Below are positions 32,710 through 45,002 of a stretch of 64,000 nucleotides of DNA, piece after piece. The notes under the pieces are model-generated. The model made no database searches and was not told the origin of the DNA. It saw only the letters and a program-made list of their open reading frames with translations. The translations under genes were made by a program, and so were the position numbers. Location: NCBI GenBank assembly GCA_000004985.1, contig GG738855.1. One strand, given 5' to 3'. The stretch's first letter is position 1. Every line of letters starts with the position of its first letter. This DNA is from Naegleria gruberi (taxonomy: Eukaryota).

Positions 32710-33210
32710 TGTTTTTTATTTTTTGAATGAATCGTTTCAACAACACTTGGTTGCGTCTTTATTCGATTCTTCCACCCAAACCTTGTTTGTGAAGCTTTGG
32801 CAATGAACTTGCACCACGAAAATGGCAATTTTTGCTGCAGTTAAGAGGTGAATTTCACAAGGTGTGAAATGTCCAAAAGCACTAGCTTGTTAAAGATGCA
32901 AAGTGTTCTGACCACAGAATTGAAACTAACAATATGTGGAATTGTTACCTCAAACCTCCAAGTGTTATTTCATGTTTTGACTGTTGTTGAAATGTGATAT
33001 CGAATTTGGTAGCCATTAACATTTTGGAACAACCAAAATAAAAACTGAGATAACAGTTCCCCATTAAAATTCATAAATGAATCATCGGCAGCCGTAGATA
33101 TTATCCATCTACAACTTTTAGCTTCGTTACTTGCCACATGGATTCGTTACCGAATCGAATGCATTCCTTATGTTTAACTCTCATTAAAGTCTCAAATCAT
33201 CACAACAGAT

Positions 33211-35060
33211 TTATTGGTGCCATGTTTTGGATTCATCATAAATATTAATCTTGTATCTGAAAGAAATAACCTTATTTCTTAAATTTGGTTGTTTTGGAAG
33301 GGGATCTTTGAATACAACCTTGAATTTGCCACTCTGGCCAAATGGTGAATCAATTATACCTGAAAATCTTGGTTGGTCATCAATGAGAATATCAATCTTC
33401 TTTCCAATGAAAAATTGCAGTGATTGAGTTTTGGAAGTGAGAAGATTTTTTCCAATAATTGTGTTGGCATCAACAACTCTATCAACTACAGCTTTCTTTT
33501 CCTTGTATTTAAAAACAGGAAGAGAGTTGACAAGCTGTTCTTTGGAAACATTGGATTTGTTCCACATCTTGATAACTTTACCATTGAATGCCAATCTACA
33601 CATATTCGCATCTATTTGTGTTAGAAAAGATGATCGTAAAAAACTTACTGATATCTGTATCCAGTTTGGAAGCAATATAATTAGAGTTTGGATAGCAACA
33701 CACTGGTTTTTCAAATTCAATTTTAACAAAAACATCTTTTTCTTGATAAGTTGTTTCGGTCAATTCCTCCAATAAAGAGTACTCTACCGTTGTATCGAAT
33801 ATGTTACTTGAAAGGCCTTCTTTCTTGGCTCTGGCGATAAGGGAAACATTTCCCATAACAGTTTCATGCCCAATAGATACTATTTCAATTAGTACAGAAA
33901 TGATTACTAGAATACATACTGTGATATTTTGCAGAGTTTTTGATTTCCTTCTTGAAAAATCTGATTCTAGAAGCATTTGCTAGAATTGTGTCAACAATTT
34001 CAATATAGCCTTTGTCACATGCAAAACCTCTCTCCAGCTTTTTGCTATCCAATTTTGTAACTGCAATACCAATTCGATCTCCTTTAATTGCCTTATCTAC
34101 AGGTGTTTTAAACATTTGGATGGATTTGACCTTCTTTTCCTCCCCAATAGAAGGAATTTGAATTGTTTTACCAATACTAACACTGCCTTGCAAAACAGTT
34201 CCTGTAATAATAGTTCCCTTTCCTTTGATTGTAAAACAGTGGTCAACCATATATAGGAATGGCTCATTTTCATCCTTTTCTGAAATTTTTACATGTTTTT
34301 GGAATTCAGCAATGAGATTTTTAAGTCCTTGTTCCTTTGTTATACTTTCACTTTCTTCTCTTGGATCAGCACAAACAGAAACAATTGGAGGGTTTTTAAA
34401 TTTAGTTTGGGAAAAGACATTCTTAATGAGACTTTTCTTAATCTGTAATGAAAATTAATTTCCTAAATATATTTTGAAATTACTGACCTTATCAACACGG
34501 TCCTCTCTTTGATCTGCTGGAATCATATCGACCTTATTGAGGGCAACAATTAAATTATTACATGAAATTTCTCCAATAACAATGCATTCAGCTGTTTGAG
34601 TTTGTACACCTTTCACAGCATCAATAACCAATACCATGAAATCAATAATTTGAGCTCCACCAATAATTGTTCTAATTAAACTGGCATGGCCAGGACAATC
34701 TACAAGAGTATATTGAATCCTATCATATTCAGATAATGGGGAATCAGAGTAAAATGCAGAGAAACCCAAATCTTGAGTAATACCTCTTTCTTTTGATTGA
34801 GGACTTTTATCAAAGGCTGCTGTTGAAGCGTGAGTTGACAGAGCTTTACATAAACTTGTTTTTCCTTTCAAATAAATCATTAGAATAAATTTCATTAAAA
34901 ACTCACCAGAATCAACATGTCCTATTATTATTGAAATAAGAATTGATATTAGAATTGAGAAACAAACCTAAAATTCCAACATTTACATTTAATATTCTAT
35001 GTGATGATCGGAGAGTTACATTCTCTTCTCCTCCTTGATTATTTGTTTCCGAATCTTGGT
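33211..35060 (-). CDS. selenocysteine-specific elongation factor (eEFSec/SelB-like), at least 6 exons with 37-46 nt introns
   Basis: Exons on the minus strand are about 35060..34968 (..RILNVNVGILG), 34907..34921 (HVDSG), 34864..34488, 34442..33920, 33879..33649 and 33611..33211; every junction was frame-checked against the ORF track. Signature residues are GILGHVDSGKTSLCKAL, ERGITQDLGFSAF (compare eEFSec GITLDLGFS), VDCPGHASLIRTIIGGAQIIDFMVLVIDAVKG and NKVD, followed by beta-barrel domains II-IV. The initiator codon is unresolved: the only upstream ATG (about 35085) is in a different frame. Confidence 0.75.
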
Positions 35061-35300
35061 TTTGATTTGTGAACTTGATGGCAAACTGGTTTCCTTCTCT
35101 GTAGACATTTTTTATTAATATCTAACTTTTTAATTTCGCCTCTTTACAGACTTGAATATGCTTCACTGGTAAATAAATGTTTTATCTAAATATTCTCTTA
35201 AGTTATAATTGCTGATTGACTTTGTGATAATCAATCGGATCAATCATTAAATTAATTTTTAAATATTCGTGATGACATCACACAATAATTATTAATAAAA

Positions 35301-36391
35301 ATGAGTGATTTGGATGCTGGAGAGGACATGTTTGATGATTTTTTAAATTCCCGTCTTGAGGATGATGAAACCATAGGCCATGATCAATCTGTTACTGATG
35401 CTATCAATGATGATGAATTTGAGAAATTATTGAATGAATCTGAGACAGAGACTGTACAAAATGAACCGGAAAAGGAATCAATCAATGTTGATTTATCATC
35501 AGCAACAACAATAACTGCATCCACTGAATCCGTCATTGAAAAGAAGGAAGAACAAGTTAAAGATGATGAGGAAGTCATTGAATTTTCGTGGAGCGATGAA
35601 GACTATAGCAAAGACGAAACCGATCAAGTTAATCAAAATAATGCAATTTCAGAAATTAAAATTCAACAAGAAAAACCAGTGACAATTGAAAAGTCAGAAA
35701 ATAGGGAACTCTAATTTAACAAATAATGCTAGTAATAGTACTACTACTGATCAGGGAACATCAGTTAAAAGTGAGGAAATAATTGAAACTAGAATTAGTG
35801 TAATGATTTCCGACGTTTTGAATAGATTTGGAAAAGTAATTGACATTGATAGTAGATCGGAAGCTATTGAGAATAGAATTAAACATTTGAAAGAAGAAGA
35901 GGTAGAGTCTGAGTATAGTTTTGGAAAATTAAAAGGTAGTATTCAGAGAAAATTGGTAGTTCTCGAATGTGCTGTAGAGAATTTGTGTGTTCTTGTGGAA
36001 AAGAATGTACAAAGAAAATTGAAATTGAGAGAATCTAAACAGGTTTTGAAAGAGCAATTGAGAGCAAACATTGAAAAATACTCTGAAAAGTGCACTCAAT
36101 TAGATGAACAGAAAGAGAAATACTCCAAGATGGAAAATTTATGGGAAAAGGATAGAAAGAACCTTGTAGATCTCATTGAAAAATTGAAGCAACAAGTAGA
36201 AAGCAAGGATCCTGAAAATGAATTCCTCAAAACAATGAAAATTCCAGAAGCTCCTAAAGCAACAGACTCTGAAGACAATACTCTTTCTAACCTTACTAAA
36301 TCTCTCCTATCACTTCCAGAAGCTTGGAAATCCTCTAATCCATCCGATTCTAATCCCCAATCTTCCAACACATCCTCTAGCTCTTCAGCCG
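35301..36391 (+). CDS. hypothetical acidic/coiled-coil protein, truncated by assembly gap (possibly the 5' part of the downstream acyltransferase gene)
   Basis: The ATG ORF 35301-35714 (acidic, D/E-rich) overlaps ORF 35686-36391 (a TTG artefact start, coiled-coil, Ser-rich end) in another frame at an A-rich stretch near 35690-35714. The frame is open into the N-run at 36392. Confidence 0.35.
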
Positions 36392-36903
36392 NNNNNNNNN
36401 NNNNNNNNNNNNNNNNNNNNNNNNNNNNNNNNNNNNNNNNNNNNNNNNNNNNNNNNNNNNNNNNNNNNNNNNNNNNNNNNNNNNNNNNNNNNNNNNNNNN
36501 NNNNNNNNNNNNNNNNNNNNNNNNNNNNNNNNNNNNNNNNNNNNNNNNNNNNNNNNNNNNNNNNNNNNNNNNNNNNNNNNNNNNNNNNNNNNNNNNNNNN
36601 NNNNNNNNNNNNNNNNNNNNNNNNNNNNNNNNNNNNNNNNNNNNNNNNNNNNNNNNNNNNNNNNNNNNNNNNNNNNNNNNNNNNNNNNNNNNNNNNNNNN
36701 NNNNNNNNNNNNNNNNNNNNNNNNNNNNNNNNNNNNNNNNNNNNNNNNNNNNNNNNNNNNNNNNNNNNNNNNNNNNNNNNNNNNNNNNNNNNNNNNNNNN
36801 NNNNNNNNNNNNNNNNNNNNNNNNNNNNNNNNNNNNNNNNNNNNNNNNNNNNNNNNNNNNNNNNNNNNNNNNNNNNNNNNNNNNNNNNNNNNNNNNNNNN
36901 NNN
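36392..36903. other. assembly gap (512 N)
   Basis: A run of n from 36392 to 36903. ORF-track proteins composed of X across this region are artefacts. Confidence 1.
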
Positions 36904-37614
36904 TTGCATAAATATTTGGGATTTGATTCCAAGAGGACATTGATGGGAAAGATTTTCCGTACAGCAACTGCAATTGTTGTTAAATCAAATCCATACTGGA
37001 AACTCTCTGTTAAACATGTCAACAAGAATAGTTTACCAACACAAGAGAAGAAAACTATTTTTGTTTGCAACCATCAAAGTAATATGGATCCATTTGCATT
37101 AATTTGTGGTGCTTTACCAATTGAAACTAAATGGGTTTCAAAGAGTGATTTGTTTGCAATTCCATTTGCTGGAAGAATGATGTCAAATGCCGGAGATGTT
37201 CCAATTGTTTTCAAGAGCAAGAAAATGGATGATATGAGTACTGACAGAGATTCTGTTAAATCTGCCATGAATAAGCTCAAAGAACATTTACGTAATGATA
37301 ATGCTGTATTTTTCTTCCCTGAAGGAAGAAGATCTTCCACACCTGACCAACTTTTGGAATGGAAGAAGGGTGCCTCAATTATGAGTTTAGAAACAGGAGC
37401 TGACATTGTTCCAATTGGTTTGTATGGTACATTCACTATGTGGGGTATTGAAGAAGCTCTTCCAACACCAGGTAAAGCAGCAATTGTTGTCGGAGAACCA
37501 ATTAGTGTTCAAGGAATGACTTTGGAAAAGGATGTTGAAACTCTCAATGAAAAAACAAGAGAAGCTGTTGCTGAATTGTTGCAAAAAGCTATGGCTGAAT
37601 ATGCTAAAATGTAA
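36904..37614 (+). CDS. 1-acylglycerol-3-phosphate O-acyltransferase (LPAAT/AGPAT family) catalytic domain, 3' part after gap
   Basis: Immediately after the gap the frame encodes the acyltransferase motif I IFVCNHQSNMDPF (NHxxxxD), motif III FFPEGRRSST (FPEG-R) and motif IV IVPIGLYGT. It ends at TAA 37612-37614. Length and frame across the gap are unknown. Confidence 0.6.
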   Translation: MHKYLGFDSKRTLMGKIFRTATAIVVKSNPYWKLSVKHVNKNSLPTQEKKTIFVCNHQSNMDPFALICGALPIETKWVSKSDLFAIPFAGRMMSNAGDVPIVFKSKKMDDMSTDRDSVKSAMNKLKEHLRNDNAVFFFPEGRRSSTPDQLLEWKKGASIMSLETGADIVPIGLYGTFTMWGIEEALPTPGKAAIVVGEPISVQGMTLEKDVETLNEKTREAVAELLQKAMAEYAKM

Positions 37615-37799
37615 AGAACCTTAATCAATTTACACAGTAAATTTCCATACAATAGAATGATATAATATCTCGTCACTCTTTATTTGTACCTCAACATGGT
37701 TACATTTTCTCAAAGAGAGTGGAAAACCGATTAGAACTGACCAGAAGATGTCGAGAAGTTTTCCCGCCAATTTAACAACAAAGCAAATAAAATACTAAA

Positions 37800-39648
37800 A
37801 TGCCATCCAGCACAACAACAACCGTGGAGAACATTATCAAAGTCAAAACCTTTGCTCATGCTTTGAATCAACAGGACACGGATTTTGCAATATTATTTAG
37901 ACATGTATATTGTTTATTTAATAGAACACTGTGTTACTCACATGATACTGTTTGTCCCAAAGGTTTCTTCATTACAGATGCTGTTGGCAAAAGTATTAAT
38001 TTGTTTTTCGTGTTGGATACACCAAGATTAGCTTCCGAAGCTAACTTACTCATTGAATCATCTAACCATCTCCTTCATGGATTTGTAAATATCATGGTTA
38101 GGATTACATCACAGAGTTTCACTTCTAATAGTATTAATAATAGTTGTAATATGAACATTCAACACAACAATACAAATAATAATAACTCATTACGGCCCAG
38201 CAACGACAGAGTTGCCATTGTTCCATTCATCGACGAAGATCATCAACAACAGGATCCTTCAATGAAACTTTTCGAAAACTCAATCTTTTCTACTGACATT
38301 AGTCTGAAAACGTTTTGTGAAGAGTATATTAGAGCTGTTAATAACAAGGCAGCTGTTCAACACATTCTGGGATTCTTCAGAGAAATTTCAGAATCTATTG
38401 GCTCTTCTGATCGATTCAAGATTGAAATCTTTAAGAATTGCACCTGCAGATCATTTGTTGGTGATTTTTATACAGTTTCTAGAGATATACTGAGGTATGG
38501 TTGAAATTAATTTCAATTTTATTATAATATTGCTTTCTATTAGCATTTGTAAGGTTGCATCTTTTGATAAATCTGCAAAGAAAGGATTATCTAAAGAACA
38601 AGTTGATTACGTAAATAGTATCAAACAAGATAGGCCATTCTATACCTTAATGTTAAAGATGGATCGTCTTATTAAAGATGTTGTAAATCCTCTATTCGAA
38701 TTTATGAAGTTTTGTCATAGAAAAGCAGATTGTTCTATATCACATCTCCTTTACAAGTATTGTATCAAGTTCAAAATAACCTCAGTTTCCCCTCAACAAA
38801 AGAATTCAAATTCTACATCTACAGGTCCTTACATGTCTGAATCTGAGGAGAGCGAATCTCCTACTGTTTACATACCAGATGTACAAACAGAAGTGAGAGA
38901 ATTAACCTTTCCAAAGAGCTCTCATCTCTACAAACAACTTCCTTCAGATCCAAACACAAGAAAATCACAAATAGAAAAAGATGTATTCAGGTTGGGAGCC
39001 CTCTTTTTAGCCTTTGTTACTGGATCTAAGGAAATTGGAGAAAATACAGTCGACTCTGTTTCTGAAATGTTAAAGCAGTTGAGAATGAGTGTAGATTATT
39101 TGAGACAAACACATGTTCAATTTGAAAATATGCTCATAACCAAAAAGTGTGGAGATGATACGAAAATCTACCTTATGAGTGAGAGGTTGGCTCATTTAAC
39201 AGCCCTTCATTATAGCCTTTCAACATTTGAAAAACTGGTTTCTGAAATGGTGGAGCAAAAAACATGTACCTTGAAACAAATGTTACTAATGGTTGAAAAG
39301 TCTGCCATGGACAAGATGATAGAGAATTTCCGTGACCAGTCATTTGAAGAGAAAATGACCAGTTGTGAACGAATCTCAAACTCAGTCCAGGCAGTATTGG
39401 GAAAGGATTCAGAAAAAAAGAAACAGATTAATGAAAGAAGTAGGATGATTTTGGGAGATTGTACAAACTCGAGCTTTATAACACCAGACTCACCCATGAC
39501 AATTTCTACAACTCCAACCCACAAGAGGAAATTTTCTGATACAACTGTTCAGTATTTCTGTTCACAGAGCAAGATACCTGCAAATAAGGTTGTAAAACGA
39601 GAAAACTTAGAGAATTATCCAAGAAGTGCAATAATAAATAGAAAATAA
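37800..39648 (+). CDS. hypothetical protein; 2 exons (37800..38494, 38544..39648), about 600 aa
   Basis: ATG at 37800 (ctaaaATGcca). A 49-nt intron (GTATGG at 38495; acceptor TATTAG at 38543) joins ORF 37800-38504 to ORF 38497-39648 in frame (..DILR|SICKVASFDKS..). No family is recognised. Confidence 0.35.
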
Positions 39649-39663
39649 TTTTAGTTTTATTAT

Positions 39664-42441
39664 TTATTTTTGTTCAACAGCGGCTGGTTCAGTCTTTTCC
39701 TTCTTCTGGTTGTGCTTTCTTTGATTATTGTGCTTGTTGTTGTTATTATTGTTGTTTGTTCTGTTTCCTTTTTGATTTTGATTTTGCTTTGAGTTCTTTT
39801 GCTTTGATCTCTTTGCTTGTTTGTGATCAGTCATCACAACGTAAGCAGTATTACTTTGCTTGGCTTCATAAAGCTTTTCGTTATATTCAACAAGGGAGGA
39901 AATTTTGTCTGACAATTGGAGGGCAAGATATTGGAGTGGAGTTGGGGCAGAGTGATAAACGACAATAGTATTGTTGGTTTGGTCAAAAGCAGCATAGAAT
40001 TCTTCAGAAATGATCATCTTGTTGACAATTGAATGCACAGATGGAGATGGGAGATCAAACATCTTAGCCATTAAATCAACAGAGAATGTTTCATAATGTC
40101 TGCTATACTTGAAAATGTAGGCCTTCAATGCAGCAACCTTAACCTTCTTCTTCAACATTTCCTTAACAGGTTCATTGTCAGGAATCAAGCTCCATATATC
40201 TTCCAAAGCAAGGAGGGTCTTGTAAGCTTCTTCCCAAGCACCTGATGAAAGTAAATGGAAAGCAGAGTTAATACGTTCCTTAGTATTTTCTGGTTGACCA
40301 ACATAGTGTTGACGGCTAAAGTTTTCCAAAACACGTCTGAAAGCCTTGTTAATAACCTTAGGCTTAACGTTGGAGAATGAATGCATAGCCATATTTGGAA
40401 CTTCCAAAAGCAATGCACAGATCAAGTGAATTCCTTCAATCAAGTCAACACTGATATGTTGATGGTATGGAATCAATCTACTTCTTTCAATCTTTTCATT
40501 TTGTTCCTTCTTTTGAACAGTACCAGTTTGTGGTTGGAATCTGTTGCTTGACAAACCTTGAGCAAGCAATTCTTTTTGCTTTTGAGAACTGTAAAGTTCA
40601 AGCAAAGCACTATGAGATTCTTGGATCAAACCATTCTTGAAAGCACAGATACCAATTTGAGCAATAACTCTGTTGAAAAGAATTTGGGTTGGAATATCAA
40701 AATGATTAATAGTATCTTGCAATTTGCTGGTGACAAGGAGATTTCTAGCTTCAAAGAATTTACCATAAACAGCTCTGTGATAAATGTGCATCAAGAGTGT
40801 TCGTATCTTGGAATGTTCTGTTCCATTTTCATATATGATAGTAGAGAGATGGGACAAAACCTTCGTCAGATTTGGTTCAATGACATCCGGCGAGTCAATA
40901 ACGAATGGGTCAACGGTTGGAGTAACTTCTGTTGAAACCATGAGCTTTTCTTCAGCAATCCAATTTTCCTTAGCTTCTTCAAGTGATTTAAGAGCATTGG
41001 TTCTTTGGGCAGAGAGAAGGTTATCGTGATCTTCTTGCTTTCTATAATATAAATGTTCAAATAATTTGAAGGCAACACGAGCAAGATTTCTCTTATTGTT
41101 TCTCTTAGAGTAGAATGTATAGACTCTTTCTCCAGCTTCAATGAGCAAGTATTCATCCTTCAATCTCTTTGCATAATCTTGTGTATGTGGATCAGTATAT
41201 TGCAAGCTAGTAATAAATTCATCGTACAATCTTTCCAAAATTGATGCAATATTACCCTTGATGACAACTTGACCAGCTTTGTTAGGTTCAGAGGTTTCAC
41301 CTTCAGGAAGTGATTCACCCAATGTTTGATCAACAGATTCAACAATAACTAATTCAGGATGATCCTCAATAAGTTTAACAAGTCTAATAAGACCGAAACA
41401 AGCATTTTTCCAAGTATCAATTGAAAGGTAGTTATTTGTTCCCTTTGGTAAATCAAAGTTAGTAAGAACAATCAAAAGCAATAATTGAATTCTAGTCTTT
41501 GGTTCATGGGAGTGAGCCAAAAGAATCTTCAATTGAAGAAGTGATTCCTTTGGATTAGTTCCCTTGTATCCTTTAACTCTTCCGATTTCAGCAATCTTTT
41601 CTTCAATAGTGCCTGATGTTAAATCAGCCATAAGCCTTTGGATATCATTGAGTGGAACTGATGATGTCTTTGGTTGTTTAACTTTAACAACAGGTTCGGC
41701 TTCATCTTCAGTATCTTGGTAAGTTTCTGGTTCAGTTTTACATGCCTTCATCAATTCCTCGTATGGCTTGTTGGCCTTTTTAATTTTGCTGTAAAGTGTT
41801 GTGAGAAGTTTGGCATCATTAGTTTTTAAATCGGCTTTCTTATCCTTGGCTTCTTCCAATCTATCTTCCAAATAAACCAAGAATCTAACATAAAGATTAG
41901 GAACCTTCTTCTTTCCTTTGTATTCATCTAATTTTTGAATCTTTTCAAGAACCTTGCCGACTTCAACAATATCGTCAGAAACAACCTTCCAGTTGTTGTC
42001 CATAATACTATCTTGAACCTTTTCAGTTATTTCACGCAATTCATCTAAATACTTTTCTCTGTGAGACTTGACTTCAGCTCTTTCTTCTTCTTCTTCTTCT
42101 TCCTCTGATACCCATTCATCATCAGAGTAATCACTTTCCTCTTCTTCGTCCGAATTTTCAAGGAACCATTTTTTCCTCTTATCGTCAAGCTCGGATTGTG
42201 CTGATTTAGGTTCTTCTTTGGCTGGTTTTTTTGTTTCTTTATCTTCCTCATCAGATTCTTCATCAGAACCTTCCTCATCATCAGAATCTACCATTTTAGC
42301 TTTATTAAAGAAGCCTTTTTTCTTGGTGGATTCTTCCTCTTCTTCAGAATCAGTGATTTCTTCTTCAGAAACTTCCTCTTCTGAACGATCTTCCTCTTCG
42401 TCACTGTCGACAAAGTTTGCAGCACGAAAATATGAGCTCAT
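39664..42441 (-). CDS. eukaryotic translation initiation factor 3 subunit C (eIF3c/Nip1)
   Basis: Continuous 925-aa minus ORF. Acidic/Ser N-terminus. Blocks conserved against eIF3c, from memory: YTDPHTQDYAKRLKDE (NTDPHSQEYVEHLKDE), RTLLMHIYHRAVYGKFFEARNLL..LQDTINHFDIPTQILFNRVIAQIGICAFKNGLI ([57 protein letters not shown]), and the PCI-domain region SVHSIVNKMIISEE. The C-terminal K/N-rich tail is low complexity. Confidence 0.8.
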   Translation of the reverse strand: MSSYFRAANFVDSDEEEDRSEEEVSEEEITDSEEEEESTKKKGFFNKAKMVDSDDEEGSDEESDEEDKETKKPAKEEPKSAQSELDDKRKKWFLENSDEEEESDYSDDEWVSEEEEEEEERAEVKSHREKYLDELREITEKVQDSIMDNNWKVVSDDIVEVGKVLEKIQKLDEYKGKKKVPNLYVRFLVYLEDRLEEAKDKKADLKTNDAKLLTTLYSKIKKANKPYEELMKACKTEPETYQDTEDEAEPVVKVKQPKTSSVPLNDIQRLMADLTSGTIEEKIAEIGRVKGYKGTNPKESLLQLKILLAHSHEPKTRIQLLLLIVLTNFDLPKGTNNYLSIDTWKNACFGLIRLVKLIEDHPELVIVESVDQTLGESLPEGETSEPNKAGQVVIKGNIASILERLYDEFITSLQYTDPHTQDYAKRLKDEYLLIEAGERVYTFYSKRNNKRNLARVAFKLFEHLYYRKQEDHDNLLSAQRTNALKSLEEAKENWIAEEKLMVSTEVTPTVDPFVIDSPDVIEPNLTKVLSHLSTIIYENGTEHSKIRTLLMHIYHRAVYGKFFEARNLLVTSKLQDTINHFDIPTQILFNRVIAQIGICAFKNGLIQESHSALLELYSSQKQKELLAQGLSSNRFQPQTGTVQKKEQNEKIERSRLIPYHQHISVDLIEGIHLICALLLEVPNMAMHSFSNVKPKVINKAFRRVLENFSRQHYVGQPENTKERINSAFHLLSSGAWEEAYKTLLALEDIWSLIPDNEPVKEMLKKKVKVAALKAYIFKYSRHYETFSVDLMAKMFDLPSPSVHSIVNKMIISEEFYAAFDQTNNTIVVYHSAPTPLQYLALQLSDKISSLVEYNEKLYEAKQSNTAYVVMTDHKQAKRSKQKNSKQNQNQKGNRTNNNNNNNKHNNQRKHNQKKEKTEPAAVEQK

Positions 42442-42791
42442 GTTGTTGGTATTTTTTAAAAAAATTCAATGTGTTTACAACATGAAGAATAAAAACCAAA
42501 TCATCAGGATTGAATCTTTTAAATAGAATTGGTAATAAACTAATTTATTCTTGTTAGATGATTAATACTTCAATTTTATGGTGGACATTGTTGGGTGCTG
42601 TACAGCCATCTGACACCAGCAGAGCTTGCTTCAACAAAAGCCGTGAAGAGAGAAGCAGCACAAATATCCCTGTCTTTTTAAAAATATTGTTGTGATGACC
42701 CAAAAATACTTCATTTGCCGCTTGTATTTGGCGCCTTTCGAAAACAACTACAAAAAAAAGAGTTTGAAAAGAGCAAGCCTTTGTATTCAAG

Positions 42792-45002
42792 ATGAGCATG
42801 CTTAGAAAAAGTTTTACTCTATCGGCAAGTTTTAAGAGGGATCAAACAAGTGAGACCTCTATTAGCCAACTTAATAGATGGATTTTAGAGTATGTGTTGT
42901 TTTTTAACGATTTATAGAGTTGATCGGAAGTTAGATATTTGAATTTTCATGGATTTGTGGAGACTTCATCAATGTTTGAGCAAGAAATTAATAATAGGCT
43001 TCTTAACGAGAGACCAACATCAGCAAGAATTGTGGATAACAAAACAAAAATCATGCCAGAATCTCAGAGAAATCAAATTAAAGATGAAATGATGGGTGCT
43101 TTGGATTCTTACCTCTCAAAGGACTTCTTTTATCTGTGGGAAAAACATGTTTCTCCAATGTTAAGATCTAGTGATCCAGAGACCATCAAATTGGAATTCT
43201 TTATTAGACTTTATTTTGCCACAGTTCCATTTAGACACAATGATAAACAAGAACAACGCAAATATGCAGTGGAATTTAAACAATATTTGGATATGAAAGG
43301 AGCTATCTTGTCAACATTTTTTGATTTACTCCCATATTATGCCTTTCCTTACATGCCAGATCCATCTAGCCATCCTTCTTTTGCTTCAATGTACCAAGAC
43401 AAATGGAAGCAAGATTTATTTGATAAGGTTAAGAGCTATCTCGATGTCACCTTTTCAAGAAGTATTGAACAACCATATCTCCATTCAATTGTTAATAATA
43501 TTAACACAACAAGTTCTATTAATGTTGCAAACTCCATTGGTAAGTGTCTAACAATACCTATAATACAAACATTAACAGCTGGGTTAGGTAATAACGACAA
43601 ACAAGGTTTGGAACAATATAAAAAAGAAATGGGAAGCTACATGGACATCGTTCAAGAAAAATATAGAGAATTATATGGATTGAGTGGAGATTTATTGAAA
43701 GCAATTTCAGGAGTTATGAAAGGGAAGAAGCTCAATAAGCAATTTTTGGCTGTAGTCCAAGACAATCTGAGCTCTCTTCATATTGATGAAATTCTTCCTT
43801 CAATGATTGTAAGTGGGTAATTTGTATTATTTTTTAACTTCGATAGCCACGTAATGATCATATTGAGGATCATTCAGCAACATTCGTTTCTCTAGATTAC
43901 CAAAAATTAAAGTTATTCTTACTCAAAGAAACAAACAACCCAATGATACCATATGTATTACAGGCTCTTAGATGGAGAATTTCAAAATCACAAAATACTA
44001 GAACAAAGATTAACACCTTAAAGACAATGATTTACTATGATTTGTTTGGAATTGTAAACAATGAGAAGGTAAGTTGAAATGGAAAACCTTTAAATTGGCT
44101 AAACATCGGTTTTCCATAGAAAATCTTACAAGCTTTGCTTTTTTCAAAGGATGAAATGGTTGTGGAATATACATTGAGGTTAATTAATATTTTCTCTACT
44201 GAGAATGTTGGTGTGGTTTATTTGACAAAAGATTTAACTCAAAATACCATCATTATGGATTTAATTCAAATTTTGGAATTGGAGCGCTCTGACTCAATTA
44301 TCAGACAAAATGTTGTCTCCATTCTTCAAAAACTAAGCGTGAAATCAAAGCCTCAACAGTAAGTTTCAAATCAATACAAATTGTTTATTAACCCCTCAAT
44401 TTAGACAAATGGTCAATAATGATTTAATTGATATAGTGTGCAAAATTTTATCCAATCCTGAAAATTGTGGAGATTTCACAACTGAGTATGGTGTTTCACT
44501 ATTGATGAATTTATGTCTAGGAAAGGTGTCAATTAGAGCCTGTGAACGATCAGATATTATACCTGTGTTGATGGATTTAATTCAACACGAAAGTCCACAA
44601 GTAAGAACTTACGTCCATGGAACACTTTACAGTGTGCTTAGTTTTTCAAATGTCCTTAAACAACAGGCAAGAGATCATGGTTTGGAGGATAAACTTAAAA
44701 TTATCAGAAAAATGTCAGAAGATGAGCTTTCCAAACAAATTGCATATATTCAAGATGTGCTGTCAAAGGAAGAGACAAGTGATGAGGATAGTAATTTTGA
44801 TGAGGATGACGAGGAAGATCTCAATGCTCTCCTTATGCAGGATGTAGAAACAGACGAAATGGTGGATGGAGAACTAGAGGAAGAAAGCTTGAGTTGGACT
44901 GAAGATCAACAGATAGGAGAAGAGTTATTGTGCAACTTCTTAGCATCAAACGAGCAAGCAGTTGAAGAAAGAGAATTATTGAGATCAGCAAAAATTGAAT
45001 AA
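42792..45002 (+). CDS. ARMC9: ARMC9 homologue (LisH plus armadillo-repeat ciliary/basal-body protein); 5 exons
   Basis: The exons are 42792..42889, 42935..43808, 43847..44068, 44120..44358 and 44405..45002; the introns are 45, 38, 51 and 46 nt (GTATGT, GTAAGT x3) and were frame-checked. LisH-like N-terminus ETSISQLNRWILEEYLNFHGFVETSSMFEQE. Matches to ARMC9 from memory: KLEFFIRLYFATVPF (KLEFYLHIHFAIYLL), KQYLDMKGAILSTFFDLLPYYAFPYMPDPSSHPSFASMYQDKW ([43 protein letters not shown]), KLFLL..VLQALRWRIS (KAFLLQALRWRLT), EYGVSLLMNLCLGK (EYSVALLMNLCL) and TYVHGTLYSVLS (PYVNGALYSILS). The C-terminus is acidic. Confidence 0.7.

Noticed and set aside
36392-36903. Long ORFs translated through the N-run (X-rich proteins on both strands, e.g. 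36096-37070 minus, 35686-37614 plus as one protein)
   Set aside because: These are artefacts of translating an assembly gap; only the flanking real sequence was annotated.
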